A stretch of 61,222 bases of DNA, filler included, from Chiloscyllium plagiosum (taxonomy: Eukaryota): the NCBI RefSeq assembly GCF_004010195.1. It is 3 parts of one record of this genome, joined end to end, with 100 filler letters (N's around TTAATTAATTAA, not from the genome) between each part and the next. Parts side by side here need not be neighbours in the genome. Positions count along the whole stretch, not along the records: positions 31,066 to 52,904 come from NC_057712.1; positions 53,005 to 61,222 come from NC_057712.1; 1 more part is not named here. One strand, written 5' to 3'. Position numbers and translations under genes: made by a program. The number at the start of each line of letters is the position of its first letter. The stretch's first letter is position 1. Positions 48,817-61,222 of the stretch are shown here, piece by piece. The notes beneath the pieces are model-generated. The model worked only from the letters and a program-made list of their open reading frames with translations. It did not search any database and was not told the DNA's origin.

Positions 48817-49112
48817 GGGGCGACATGGTGGCTCAATGGTTAGCACTGCTGCCTCTCAGTGCCAGGGACCAGGTTTGATTCCAGCCTCTGAGGACTGTCT
48901 GTGTGGAGTTTGTACATTTTCTCCGTGTCTGCATGGATATCCTCCAGGTGCTTTGGTTTCCTCCCACAGTCCAAAGATGTGCAGGTTAGGTCAATTGGCC
49001 ATGCCAAATTGCCCGTAGGGATATGTAGGTTAGGTGCATTAGTTAGGGGAATAGGTATAGGGGGTTACTTGTTGGGCCAAAGGGCCTGTGTCCACACTGT
49101 AGGGATGCTAAT
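48817..49112 (+). mobile_element. HE1-type SINE inserted in the RTE
   Basis: ggggcgacatggtggctcaatggttagcactgctgcctc head and gggcctgtgtccacactgtaggga end. Confidence 0.9.
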
Positions 49113-49729
49113 TCTTTTAAAAAAAATGCTAATTCATACCAAAGAATCAGTCTCGGCCTCAACCTCAAGAATACTCCAGTCCTTTGCAAACCTGCCCCAT
49201 GGCAAGTTCCAGTCCATCCAGACGTGGAGCATTTCACTGCCTGAGGAGCTACCTCTTATCTAAGGCTTACACTGATGCGAAGATCCAACACTAGTTCCAA
49301 TCTTTGAGTGTCACTTCTGGATGCCTCATGATATGAATCTTTGAACGCAACACCTGTGCTGATAATAAGATCCTTGTGTATAAGGCAGTTATCTTTCCTT
49401 TCATCTCTCCCAAATGGGTCAGAAACCTGGACTACTGTTAGATGCTATCGCAATGCCCTGAAGAAGTACCATTAATGCTGATGAGCTGGATTCTCTCATT
49501 AGCTGAGAGGGCAGGCATACTAACATCAGCATTCTTGAGTCAGCTAATAACACCAGCATTGAGGCCATGATCATTTGAAACCAGCCTTGCTGGGCTGGCA
49601 ATCTGCTTAGGATGCCTGAGTTCTGAGTGTCAATGCAAATCATCTTTGCCCAGCTCAAGGAAAGCATTCAAGCATGAGGAGGACAAAGGCAGCACTTCAG
49701 TTACTCCCTGAAGGCCACCTTCAAGAAAT

Positions 49730-49865
49730 GAGCCCTCCACTATCACCTGATGAAGAGGCATCACTCCGAAAGCTAGTGTGCTTCGAATTAAACCTGTTGG
49801 ACTATAACTTGGTGTTGTGTGATTTTTAACTTTGTACACCCCAGTCCAACACCGGCATCTCCAAA
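49730..49865 (+). mobile_element. Short PLE-derived element (family B) with hammerhead-like core, inserted in the RTE
   Basis: CTGATGA...GAAAGCTA at 49747-49775; TSD ttcaagaaat at 49720-49729 and 49866-49875. Confidence 0.8.
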
Positions 49866-50369
49866 TTCAAGAAATACAGCATGGATGTCAATAGCTGGGT
49901 GACTCTGTCTCACAAGAAGCCAACTTGGAGCAACTTCTGAGTGGAGAGTCTTCGTGAACACCAGTTGGCAAGAGCAGATATGCAAAAGGAGCTTTAAGTA
50001 AGAAAGTCAGTGATCCGAGTCCCAGGACCAATTTCATCTTTGGGAAATACCTGCTAATTGTGTGTAATTGGAGATATGGTTCTAGGATTGGGCTGATCAA
50101 CCACACATGGACGCACAGAATTCATGACCAGTAACATGGAATTTCCAAGGTAAACCGTTATACCTGTTAGCAAGAGATTGCTGATAACTTCTTGGGAATG
50201 TGACAGCTCTTATGTCCCTTAGTGATCATACCAACAAAAGTATATATTTGAAGGTTGAAAGTTTTGAGGTGCTGCAACATTGTCTGGCTGTGTGCTTACC
50301 TCACCATTATTGCACATTCTTGTGTAGTCTTTACTACAGTGTTGGACACCTGATGGGTAGAGTCCAGGT

Positions 50370-51100
50370 TTAAGGTTCTTAAATGGGCAACACTTTCTGA
50401 AGTTATGCTCCCTGGTTCTGGACTCTTCCAGGAGGGGAGATGACCTTTTCCACATTTACTGTGTCAAGTCTCCCAAGAATCTTGCATCTTTCAATAACGC
50501 CTCCTCTTATTATTCTAATGAGTTGGTTTGGAAGATACTGTTGAAAGAACATTAGTGAGTTGCTGCAGTGCAGATTTGAGAAAGTACACACTACTGTCAC
50601 TGCGTGGTGGCAGAGAGTAAGTGAATGTTGGAAGGTGGTGGATTTGATGCCAGTCAAGTGGCTGCTTTGTCCTGGATGGTATCAAACCTTGTTATTGGAG
50701 CTGCACTCATGCAAGCAAGTGGAGAGTATACGAACACACTTCTAACTTAGGCCTTGTCAGGCCTTGGGAGACAGGAGGTCACAGAATCCTAGAATCATAA
50801 AGATGTACAGCACAGAAATAGACCTTTCGGTCCAACTCATCCATGCCAATCTGATATCCTAACTTCATCTAGTCCCATTTTCCAGCACTTACCCCATATC
50901 CCTCTAAATCCTTCCTATTCATATACCCATCCAAATGCCTTTTAAATACTTTCATTGTACTAGCCTCCACCACTTCCTTTTTCTGTGTGGAAATGTTGCC
51001 CCTTAAACCCTTTTTAATTTTTTCCCCTCTCACCTGAAGCTGATGCCTTCTAGTTCTGGACCCCCCCCGCCATCCCAGGGAAGAGTTCTTATCTATTTAC
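50370..51100 (-). mobile_element. Cluster of CR1 3' fragments
   Basis: Reverse complements of the CR1 3' ends seen elsewhere in the window. Confidence 0.8.
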
Positions 51101-51109
51101 TTTTTAAAA

Positions 51110-52557
51110 ATATATTTGTATGAAAAAGAAGAAAACTCTTTCTTTTGAATATTACAACAAATACAAAACCAAACAATACAAACCAATATTAAAAAACAAA
51201 ACCGCTGATTACATAAATAAATATTAACTAATAATTAAGCTACAAAAGGAAATATTGACAATAATAATAATGATAACAACCATAACAGAGCTCAGCAAAA
51301 CAAAGCAATAGCCCTCAATCGTCGAGCGCCTAAGTTTATGCATATTCATATATTCGTAGTTCGTCCCCTCTTACTTAGAATCGTCACAGCTATATAAAGG
51401 CTCTTATTAGTATAGCGGACAAATCTGTACCTATATAGTCCAAAAAGGGCTACCATGTCTTATAGAAATTCTCAGTTTTATGGTGCACCATATTCGTCAG
51501 AAAGTCTAAGGGGATGTGCTCCATGATAAGCTTATGCCAACCCACCAGCCCCCTGGGATTGTCCGACACCTACCCTGATAGAATGTTCTTTCTGGCACAA
51601 AAGGTGAGGATGCTGAAAAGCCGTTTTTTTGTTAATTCTCTTTCATTAGATGCACACAAAGCCGAGCTGAAGAGATACCAAGTCCCTCTCCACATCTCTG
51701 TCCCCAAGGCCTTCTCTATATTGCATACCACAGCACTCTAGTATGCCCACAGTCTGCGGCATGACCAAAGACAATGAGTAAGGGTGCCCACGCTCACTTT
51801 ACACTTAGGACACATTGAAGATGCTCCCGCTTTAAATTTAGCGAGGCGGTCTGTGGCCAGATGGACCCTGTGGAGAATCTTCAATTGCAAGGCGTGGGTC
51901 CTGTTGCAAATCGAGATCCTTCTTGCATTTTCCCAGATATCCTCCCATATTTCAGAAGAGATCTCAACATCTAACTCCCTCTCCCATATCCTACAAAGCC
52001 GTTTGGTTTCATCCGAGGGACCGTCTCCCAATAGGTGATAAGCGTTGCTAACAGATAATGTACTCTCAGCACTCAACACCCTCTTCTCCATGTCAGACAC
52101 ATAAGGATCATAGAAGTGTGGTCTCTTTTGTATGAAGTTCCTAATTTGAAAGAAATGAAAGAGGTTCTTAATGGGCAATTCATATTTCCGAGCCAACTGG
52201 TCAAAAGACATCAGTGTGTCCCCTTCGAATAAATCACCCAGACAAGACATACCCCCTAGCTGCCCATAGTTTAAACCCAGAGTACGTCATCCCTGGCTGA
52301 AAGCCCAGCATAGCAACTATGGGTGTCAAAAATGATGTTTTGGCAATATTGCCCTCACCCTGACGCATTGCCCTCCATGCCTTGACAGTATTGATGACCA
52401 TTGGCCTATGCTAATATTCCTTAACTGTTCTCATTTTTTTCTAAAAACAGCAGGCTAACGAGGGGGTATCTCACCTGAGGTACTTCGATGTCCAACCAAA
52501 GTGTGTGAGGGCCCTCTGGGCCCAATCATTCACGTAAGATAGCAATGACCTTAACTC
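51110..52557 (-). mobile_element. L1-clade LINE 3' part (ORF2 C-terminus with Cys/His zinc knuckle and 3' UTR)
   Basis: ORF 51738-52250: LMSFDQLARKYELP...WEREL...QLKILHRVHL...CPKCKVSVGTLTHCLWSC. Confidence 0.85.
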
Positions 52558-52904
52558 ATAGAACATAGAACAATACAGCACAGAACAGGCTCTTCCGCCC
52601 ACGATGTTGTGCCGAACATTTGTCCTAGCTTTAGCACCCATCCATGTACCTATCCAATTGCCGCTTAAAGGTCACCAAAGATTCTGACTCTACCACTCCC
52701 ACAGGCAGCGCATTCCATGCCCCCACCACTCTTTGGGTAAAGAACCTACCCCTGACATCTCCCCTATACCTTCCACCTTAAATTTATGTCCCCTTGTAAC
52801 ACTCTGTGCACCCGGGGAAAAAGTTTCTGACTGTCTACTCTATCTATTCCTCTGATCATCTTATAAACCACTATCAAGTCACCCCACATCCTTCGCCGTT
52901 CCAA
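52557..52904 (-). mobile_element. CR1 3' end (different subfamily)
   Basis: (catagaa)n tail and cattccatgcccccaccactct. Confidence 0.8.
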
Positions 52905-53004
52905 NNNNNNNNNNNNNNNNNNNNNNNNNNNNNNNNNNNNNNNNNNNNTTAATTAATTAANNNNNNNNNNNNNNNNNNNNNNNNNNNNNNNNNNNNNNNN
53001 NNNN
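52905..53004. other. Artificial gap/linker N44-TTAATTAATTAA-N44
   Basis: Same 100-nt construct as 30966-31065. Confidence 0.97.
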
Positions 53005-53225
53005 CCCACACCAGCCCCACTGACCATCTCCACCAGCCGCACTGACCATCCCCACTCCAGCCCCAATGACCATCCCCACACCAGTCCCACTGACCATCCC
53101 CACACCAGTCCCACTGACCATCCCCACTCCGGACCCACTGACCATCCCCACACCAGCCCCACTGACCATCTCCACACCAGCCCCACTGACCGTCCCCACT
53201 GACCGCCCCCATACCGCTCCAGCCC
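53005..53225. repeat. Minisatellite, ~24-bp unit cccactgaccatccccacaccagc
   Basis: About eight tandem units abutting the gap. Confidence 0.93.
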
Positions 53226-53239
53226 CATTTCTTCACTCG

Positions 53240-53965
53240 CACTAGTACATCTCAACCAACGTGCTAAAAATCCATGGTGTGACACTCAAACCCACAGGCT
53301 TGTTGACTCAGAGGGAGGAGTGAAAGCTCTTGAGCCACACTGCACCATCCAACTCTGGCTCCAACCCAAGGGCTCATTTGTCAGCTGAAAGCAATAAAGG
53401 GACGCAGAGCCCCGAGCTCATGTGTGGAGCAGTCAGTCGTGTCTGACTTGTCTCCGATAGCGGAGTCGGGGTGAGGATCAATTTGTTCACAATTTCCGAG
53501 GTCACAGTAGCAGCTGCGTGAGTGGGACTTGGATTCTGGGAGGTAACAGGAAGCCACTAACGAAACCACCGCCTCAAAATACGCTGCTTCAAAGATATCA
53601 GCACTTGCAAAGAAGTGGGTGTTAGAGCAATGTAAACAAATACAGGGAAATGAAATGAGATTACTTTGGAACAGATTGAAATGATGAAATGCGTGACTGT
53701 GCTAAATTGCTCAATTCAAAATGATATGGTTGTTCTTTCACATGGAATTCCCAATTGTATATGGATTTCTCATCCAACCTTTCACCCTTCCTGACTGTGC
53801 CAGCCATGATGTACTTGTGAAGTAGAGTGATGGGTGAAATAGGGTGGTAGATGGCAAACAATTCAGAATAAGAGCAAAATACACAAGTGACAAGGTTATC
53901 TATTTTTACAGATTATAAAGATCTAAATATTGACCAGGACATTGTGGTGGTCACCCAAGCTTTCA
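53240..53965 (+). mobile_element. Very ancient CR1-group RT fossil
   Basis: Collinear weak blocks: CDTQTHRLV, QLWLQPKG, VVSDL...SICSQFP, ISALAKKWVLEQCK, RAKYTSDKVIYFYRL. Confidence 0.35.
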
Positions 53966-53969
53966 CAAA

Positions 53970-55122
53970 GAGTCATAGAATCGTAAAGCATGGAAACAGA
54001 CCCTTCGGTCCATCTCGTCCATGCTGATCAGGTTTCCCAACTAGATGAGTCCCATTCACCTGCACTTAGCCCATATCCTTCTAAACCTTTCCTATTCATG
54101 AACCCATAATTGTTGCAATTATACCCGCATCGACCACTTCCTCTGGCAGTTCGTTCCACATGCAAACCACCCACTGTGTGAAAATGATTTCCCTCAGGAT
54201 CCCTTTTAACTCTTTCTCCTCTCGCCTTAAACCTACGCCATCTCCCCTGTCCAGGGGTAAAGACTTTTGCTATTCACCTTATCTATGTCCCTCCTGAGTT
54301 AATGAACCTCAAAAAAGTCACCCCTCAATCTCCTGTACACTTCTTATTCAGGTACTTATGCAAATGTCTTTGAAAAGTTGTAGCTGCATCCAGCATTTCC
54401 TCTCTAAGTTCATTCCACACACAAACCATTCTCCGTCTAAAAGAAATTATCCCTCGTGTTTTTTTTTAATCTCTTTCTCCTCACCTTAAAAATATGTCCC
54501 CTGATCTTGAAATCCCTCACCGTTCGGGAAAAGACCAATCACCTTATCTTTGCCCCTCATGATTTTGCAAAACTTCTGTAAAGTCACTCCGCAACCTCCT
54601 ACACTTCAGGTGAAAAAAGTCTCAGCCTATCCAGCCTCTCATTGTATCTCAAACTCTGCAGACCTGGTAGGGTCCTTGTAAATCTTTTCTGCAACCTTTC
54701 CAATTTAATAATATCCTTCCTACAGCGGGGTGATCAGTACTTCAAAGATGGACTAATCAATGTCTTGTATAACTACAACATGACATCCCAATTGCTGTGC
54801 TCGATGGTCAGAGCAATTAAGGCCTTCTTCACCCCCCCCCTGTCTACCTGCGACGTCACCTTGAAGAACCTAGGTATCTTTCTTTGGCAACATTCCTGAG
54901 GACCCGACCATTAACTGTTCAAATCCTGCCTTTGTTCATCTTACCAAAACACAACACCTCACATTTGTGTGAATTAAAACTCCATCGGCCCACTGGTCCA
55001 GTTGATCAAGATCCTGTTGTAATCTCAGATGACCTTCTTCACTGTCCACTACACCACCAGATTTGGTGCCATCTGCAGACTTAATAACCATTCTCATTCA
55101 GGTCATCAGTATAAATGACAAA
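53970..55122 (-). mobile_element. Two adjacent CR1 3' fragments
   Basis: gagtcatagaatc tail at 53970; reverse-complement RT end (atttggtgccatctgcagac, i.e. ADxTK). Confidence 0.85.
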
Positions 55123-56869
55123 CAGTAGGATCACATAGATCCACATCCCAATTGACTCTCTTGGTATCTGAGACACCAACTAAACCCTTACGTGAGTCAA
55201 TGATGAAACAGGTTGCCAAGTGCCCATCGGTTGTCATGCTTAGCTTTCCCAGTTCCGGGGCCAAGGTTGACGGGTTTCAATGCATGTTTCTTTTTAATTC
55301 AATCTGATTCTTGCTTTCCATCTCACCACCCCCCCCACCCCTCCCCACTCCCCGGCACGTACCCTAAGGCTTAGGCACACTGGTTGAATTTGGGGATAGA
55401 GGGTACTGAACCAAACCAGGGAACAAGGAAAACCAGCAGCAACCCAACCTCAAGCCCACACAATAAGGAGTTAAAGCAAGTTGGCACCAAAGAACAAGTC
55501 ATTAGAACCAGCAAGCAGGAGTATTCAAAAACCACAAAACCACAAGAATTCTGCGCTCCAATTTTCGATGCTAACCTGTCCATTTTTATGATTTTGACAT
55601 GATAAAGCCTGTGTAGCATTTTTCTCTCGATGGATTGGTAGCCTGGAGCTGTATTCTTGTCACGTTCATCTAAATACATAATGGAGGATGTTTGAGTCCC
55701 AACACCTTCCATTCATGATCCCACAATCGCCGCTCACTTGTTGACACTGTCGAAGTAAAGTGTTTGATGTCAGACAGTGGAAGGATTTTACCAGCACATT
55801 GTTGTACTCGCTGACCTGAAGGTGAATATCGTACCCAGGATCAGTGTGCAGCTGGCATTGGCCAGTCATGTAATCATTGAAACTGTATACTTGGATATGG
55901 AGATAGTGGGGGCTGGGGGGAGGGAAGGCATTAAAGTGGCTGAGGGTGTTGATTAGCTAATCAGATTTGATGGGCTGAATGGCCTACTGCTGATGCTAGG
56001 TTTCTATGTTCCTATTACAAAGGCCTTCCCAGAACATCAAACCATGCTGCATCAGTGAGCATGCTGACACATACACACAGTCAGAGACAAAAAAAAGACC
56101 CCCACTTCCATTTCAGAATAAACACACACACACATACACACACCAGCATGCATCTTCATTCGGCTTATAGCTGTCTTCGAGCCAGAGAGCTCCAACTCCC
56201 GGCAAGTTGATGTGCCTGTGATGCTCTCAGCCCCATAATCAAACCCTTACATTCTAAGGCCTGCTGCAAGCCATCCCTGCATCGCCCTCACATCCTCAAA
56301 TCTCAGCTTCAACATGCTGTTTGAGGTGTATGAGATCTCGTCCAATCAACTTATCCTTCCTTCCTAGCCACGGGCCTGGCTTTCTCTTGCGACCACCCCC
56401 TCTTCCCTCGCCTGAGTGTGCTTCTGAATTTAGTTTTTCTCCTTCTCTCATACCCTCTTTAAACCCACATTGTCAAAGACACCCACCTCCTGAACCCTCT
56501 GATCACATTCCCATTCAGTCTGCCCTCCTGATCCACTTATTAATGGATATTGTTAACCCAACTCACGGCTCAGGAACTGATCCCTTCAAATCTAAACATC
56601 CCTCTCCTTGTCTCCCGCAAAAAATCGCTTAGTTTTCTTCAACAGCACCTGGATACCCACAGCGTCGGATATCTCGACGGACCAGATGCGCATCTACATC
56701 TCTGATTTTCAGCGCTTTGGATCCAGAACCTGGAACCCCTTCCCTAATAGCAATGTCACAGAAACAAAACAAAAATTACATTCGGACGCCAATCAGTCCA
56801 TCGTGCCTGCACCAACTCTATCCACTAGTGTCAATCTTCAGTCTTTCCCCCCAAATTCCTGAACACCAT

Positions 56870-58060
56870 TTCTATCCAAATAACTATTCAACTCCCTCTT
56901 GAACGCTTCAGTTGAACTTGCCTCCATCACATTCCCAGGCAGCACATTCCAGACACTAACTACTCATTGGATGATACAGCTTTTGTCTCACATCACCCTT
57001 GCTTCATTTTAAATCCATCGCCTCTCATTCTTGTATCTTTTGCGATCAGAACAAATTCTCCCTATTTTTTCTATTCAGCCCACTCATGATTATGAAAATC
57101 AGCATCAGATTTCCTCTCAGCCTTCTTCTCTCCAATGGAACAGTCCCAATTTCTTCAATTTATCCTCGTCATGGAAATTGCTCATTTCTGGAGGCATTCT
57201 TGTAAATCGCTTCTGCACTCTCTCTCCAATGGAGTCACATCTTTCTAATAATGTAGCACCCACAACTGAACACAATACTCCAGCTGAGGTCTAATAAGTG
57301 CCTTGAACAACATCACCCCCTTGCTAGTGGACTCTATACCCTTATTAATAAATCTGAGAGTACTGTTTACTTTATTTACTGCTCTCACTGCCTGTCCCGC
57401 TACCTTCAGTGATCTGTACATCATATACATCCACGTCCCTCTGCTCCTGTGCCCCCTTTAGAATTGTACTCCCTATTTTATATTGCTTTTCAATGTTCTT
57501 CTGACCAAATTGTATCACCTCACATTTTCTCTGCATTGAACCTCAGCTGTCACCAATCCCACCCCCTCTGCCAACTTCTCAGTGTTGTTTCCCTCCTCTC
57601 CTGTTTATAATTCTTCCAAGTTTAGTGTCATCTGCAAACTTTGAAATTTCCCCCTGCTTACCAAGATCTACATGATTAATGTAGGTCAGGAAATGTAAAG
57701 GTCCCAGTACTGTCCTCTTCCTCCAGGCTGAATATTATTCATTCGTTATTACTTTCTGTTTCCTAACACTCAGCCAATTTTGTATCCACATTGGTACTGT
57801 CCCTTTTATACCATGATCTATAATGTTCCCACAAATCTGCTGTAGCACTGTATTCAGCATCTTCTAGAAATCAGTTTCTGTTACATCAAAAATGTTAACC
57901 TCATCAAAACTTTTCAGTACTGCTTCAAAAAACTCCACAAATTAGTTAAGTACGATTTCTGCTTTAGAAAATTGTGCTGAGTCTCCCTAACTAACCCTGC
58001 TTTTTCCATGTGACAACTGATTCTATGCTGAATAATGGTTTCCAAAAGATGTCCTACTGC
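56870..58060 (-). mobile_element. Older CR1 fragment
   Basis: ORF 57245-57430 AVNKVNSTLRFINKGIE...LIRPQLEYCVQLW; tagtgtcatctgcaaact (FADDT). Confidence 0.85.
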
Positions 58061-58409
58061 CGAAGTGCCCTTGTACCTGGCACACGGGGGCTACAGTGGT
58101 TCACAGAGGCAGCTCACCATCATGCCACCTTTGAGGGCAATTTAGGATTGGCAATAAATGGTGGCCCAGCCATTGATACCTATATCCCTTGAATGGATAA
58201 AATTAAACCGAGTGAGCTCCAACCTTCTGTCCTTTCCCAAAATCCTTGAATATTTTGTGACCTCACCCATCATTCTTAGAATTCCATAATTGAATCCCTC
58301 CACTCATGCCGCAAAAATGTCTCTTATTAAAATCAAAAATGTCATCCCTCATAACGCCCTCGAACATAGCAAACGATTCCCTGTTTATTGTTCTCCCCAG
58401 TGTGATTTC

Positions 58410-59215
58410 AGTGAGTGAGTAAATGCATGGGCAGATGCAGTATAATGTGGATTAATGTGAGGCTATCCACTTCAGCAGCAAAAACAGGAAGGCAGATTAT
58501 TATCTGAATATCGCAAGATTAGGAAAGGGAGAGACATAATGAGACCTCGTACACCAGTCACTGAAAGTAAACATGCAGGTGGCGATGGTACATCGGTCTT
58601 CATAGCGAGAAGATTCGAGTACAAGAATAGGGATGTCTTGGTGCAGTTGTGCAGGGCCTCAATGAGACCACACCTGGAGTACTGTGAGCAGTTTTAGTCT
58701 CCTTAGCTGAGGAAGGACGCTCTAGTGATGGAGGGAGTGCTGCGAAGGTTTATCAGATTAAATTCTGGAATAGCATATTTGACGTACAAAGGGAGTTCAG
58801 TTGGTGCTATATTCCCTGGGGTTCAGACGATTGAGGAAGGATCTCATTAAAACCTCTAAAAGTCTAACAGGTTGAGACAAGGTAAATGCAGGGAGGATGG
58901 TCCCATTTTCCGAGCAGTGGAGAACCAGGGATCAGGGTTTAAGGGCATGGGGCAGACTATTTAGCACTGAGATGAGGAGAAATGTCTTCACCCAGAGAGT
59001 GGTGAGCTTGTGGAATTCTATGCCAAAGAAAACGGTTGAAGTTAAAACATTGAATGTTTTCAAAAAGGAGTTAGATATAGTCCTGTGGCTAAGAGTCCAA
59101 ATGGTAAAGAGGAGAAAGCAGGAACAGGGGATTGAGCTGGATGATCAATAATGATCATATTGAATGGGAGAGCAGGCTCAAAGGGCCAAATGGCCTCCTG
59201 TAGCTCCTATTTCTC
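58410..59215 (+). mobile_element. CR1 3' fragment
   Basis: QMQYNVD.CE.IHF, RPHLEYC and FTQRVVSLWNSMP. Confidence 0.85.
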
Positions 59216-59666
59216 TGCTTCTTGACCTGTCTGCAGCCTTCAGTTCACTTATCCGACAAGATCTCACTGTGGACATTAGTTGCATCTTCTAGTCTGAATC
59301 CCCAAGCCCAACCATCATAATGCTGGACTCTCTCGTCTATCAGAGGGTGGTGGCGCTCACTGGTTTGATATCAAGGTAACATTTGACCAAGTATGGTGTC
59401 ACGGGGCCCTTGCAAAACTGCAGTCAATGGGAATCATGGGAAAACCCACCGTTGGTTGAAGTCACACCCAGCACATTCAAAGATGGCTGTGGTCACCAAA
59501 CTAATCTTTCAGCTAATCTCAAAGTTAAAATCTTTCACTTGTCCTAATCAACAGAAACATAAAACAGAAACTATCAAACTCAGAACAATGGTGGAATCGG
59601 TCATTGCAAGCTCTCATGCAGTTCCAAATCACAGCTTGTTACAGGGAAGATTGATGTGTACAAAAT

Positions 59667-60332
59667 AGAGTCATAGAGATGTACAGCATGGAAACAGACC
59701 CTTCGGTCCATCCCGTCCATGCCAACCAGATATCCCAACCCAATGTACTCCCACCTGCCAGCACCCAGCCCATATCCCTCCAAACCCTTCCGATTCATAT
59801 ACCCATCCAAATGCCTCTTAAATGCTGCAATTGTACCAGCCTCCACCACTTCCTCTGGCAGCTCATTCCATACACGTACCACCCTCTGTGTGAAAAGTTG
59901 CCCCTTACGTCTCTTTTAGATCTTTCCCCTCTCACCCTAAACCTATGCCCTCTAGTTCTGGCTTCTCCCACCCCAGAGAAAAGACTTTGCCTATTTATCC
60001 TATCCATGCCCCTCATAATTTTGTAAACATCTATAAGGTCAGCCCTTAGCCTCCGACGCTTCAGGGAAAACAGCCCCAATCTGTTCAGCCTCTCCCCATA
60101 GCTCAAACCCTCCAACCCTGGCAACATCCTTGTAAATCTTTTCTCAACCCTTTCAAATTTCACAACATCCTTCCGATAGGAAGGAGACCAGAATTGCACA
60201 CAATATTCCAACAGTGACCTAACCAATGACCTGTACAGCCGCAACATGACCTCCCAACTCCTGTACTTAATGCTCTGACAATAAAAGAAAGCATACCAAA
60301 CACCTTCTTCACTATCCTATCTACCTGCGACC
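59667..60332 (-). mobile_element. Young CR1 (HER1-like) 3' fragment
   Basis: ORF 59795-60247: LYRSLVRSLLEYCVQFWSP...RLRADLIDVYKIMRG. Confidence 0.92.
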
Positions 60333-60709
60333 CCAAGTGTCTCAAATGTTCAGGAGGTAAAGAACCATAGCACTTATATTACTGTACCCTGAAGAGCAAG
60401 ATACATTTGAGGATTACTGTGTACTGGTGTCGCATGGCTGTAAAGGAAAAAGCCTTAACATGCCAACTTTACAAAAGCATAGGTGCTATTGGTAAGATCA
60501 ATTTGACATCTTGTGGGACCACCAGTTCCTCTGACAGGGGTGTCAACAACTAAATGACACAAACTTAAGAAAATTGGCAGAAATACAAAGGGGATATGAG
60601 GGAAAACAATCTTCCTCAGAGAGTTAGTATGAATAGAAAGTTGGTCTCAACAGATCTAATATCCACAAGGCCATGAGATGTAGGAGTACTGACTTCAAGG
60701 TAGGAAACA

Positions 60710-61082
60710 GAAGGTGGTAGTGGCAGGATATTGGAGGCCTGTGACCAGTGGTGTGCTGTAAGGATCTGTGCTGGGTTCATTGCTTTTCATCATATCAATG
60801 ATTTGGATGTGGAGATGACACCAAATTGATGGTGTAGTGGATAGTGAAGAAATTTATCTCAGATGGAGCAAGGACTGACAGATGGAATTTAATTTAGATA
60901 AATGTGAGGTGCTACATTTTGGGCAAATCAGAGCAGGATTTCTCCACTTAATGGTGAGGGCCTGGGGAACGTTGCTGCATAAAGAGACCTTGGGGTGTGG
61001 GTTCATAGCTCCTTGAAAGTGGAGTCACAGGTAGATAGGATAGTGAAGCAGGTGTTTGGTATACTTGGCTTAATTGTTCAGT
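60710..61082 (+). mobile_element. CR1 RT fragment
   Basis: ggaggcctgtgaccagtggtgtg...ggatctgtgctggg...gatgacaccaaatt. Confidence 0.85.
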
Positions 61083-61084
61083 AA

Positions 61085-61222
61085 GGGTACAACAATGACT
61101 GCAGATGCTGGAAACCAGATTCTGGATTAGTGGTGCTGGAAGAGCACAGCAGTTCAGACAGCATCCAAAGAACAGCGAAATCGACGTTTCGGGCAAAAGC
61201 CCTTCATCAGGAATAAAGGCAG
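61085..61222 (-). mobile_element. PLE terminal repeat with an intact hammerhead core (runs off the window)
   Basis: Minus-strand CTGATGA-A-GGGC(TTTT)GCCC-GAAAC-GTC at 61183-61210; same subfamily as 46326-46442. Confidence 0.8.

Larger units (their letters stand above)
47614..50130. mobile_element. RTE-clade LINE with an inverted 5' segment (47614-48212 minus; 48208-50130 plus)
   Basis: Minus strand: WWTEKAKEQQLLANKHKSQDFFGASKAI...FLKIWDKEEIPA. Plus strand: NFRD..., AFIDL, FKVKTGIKQGCIIAST, WAGNLLRMP. Confidence 0.8.

Noticed and set aside
52949..53285. Gly/Trp-rich repetitive ORFs
   Set aside because: Translations of the 24-bp minisatellite running into the N linker.
53381..56210. Phase-compatible four-exon minus-strand gene model (~56140-56210, 55739-55816, ~55577-55645, 53381-53604)
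   Set aside because: Acceptors are weak, the peptide is not recognisable, and the last exon is antisense to an apparent ancient LINE fossil. It would need RNA-seq support.

Overview
Repeat-rich vertebrate genomic DNA, very probably elasmobranch (shark), judged from HE1-type tRNA-derived SINEs and their HER1/CR1-type partner LINEs. The window is three segments joined by artificial 100-nt spacers (N44-TTAATTAATTAA-N44 at 30966-31065 and 52905-53004). The only host coding sequence I can support is the 5' end of KIF6 on the + strand: a CpG-island promoter with an RFX X-box, coding exon 1 (30515-30574) and exon 2 (47206-47312). The ORF track misses both exons. A second promoter-like region at ~5.1-5.55 kb probably faces the other way; by human synteny it could be DAAM2, but that is inference only. 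The rest is transposon-derived: CR1 LINEs of several ages (one near full length), Rex1/Babar, RTE, L1-clade and L2 fragments, a solo LTR, HE1 SINEs and Penelope-like elements (PLEs). The most interesting signal is a family of short PLE-derived elements. They carry minimal hammerhead-ribozyme cores (CTGAnGA-A-stem II-GAAAC-GTC), often form fold-back hairpins with a one-sided ~35-nt tail, and sit between 10-16 bp target-site duplications. Also notable are an RTE LINE with twin-priming-like 5' inversion geometry and two locally templated insertions. All family assignments come from motif recognition by eye; no database search was run, and repeat boundaries are approximate.
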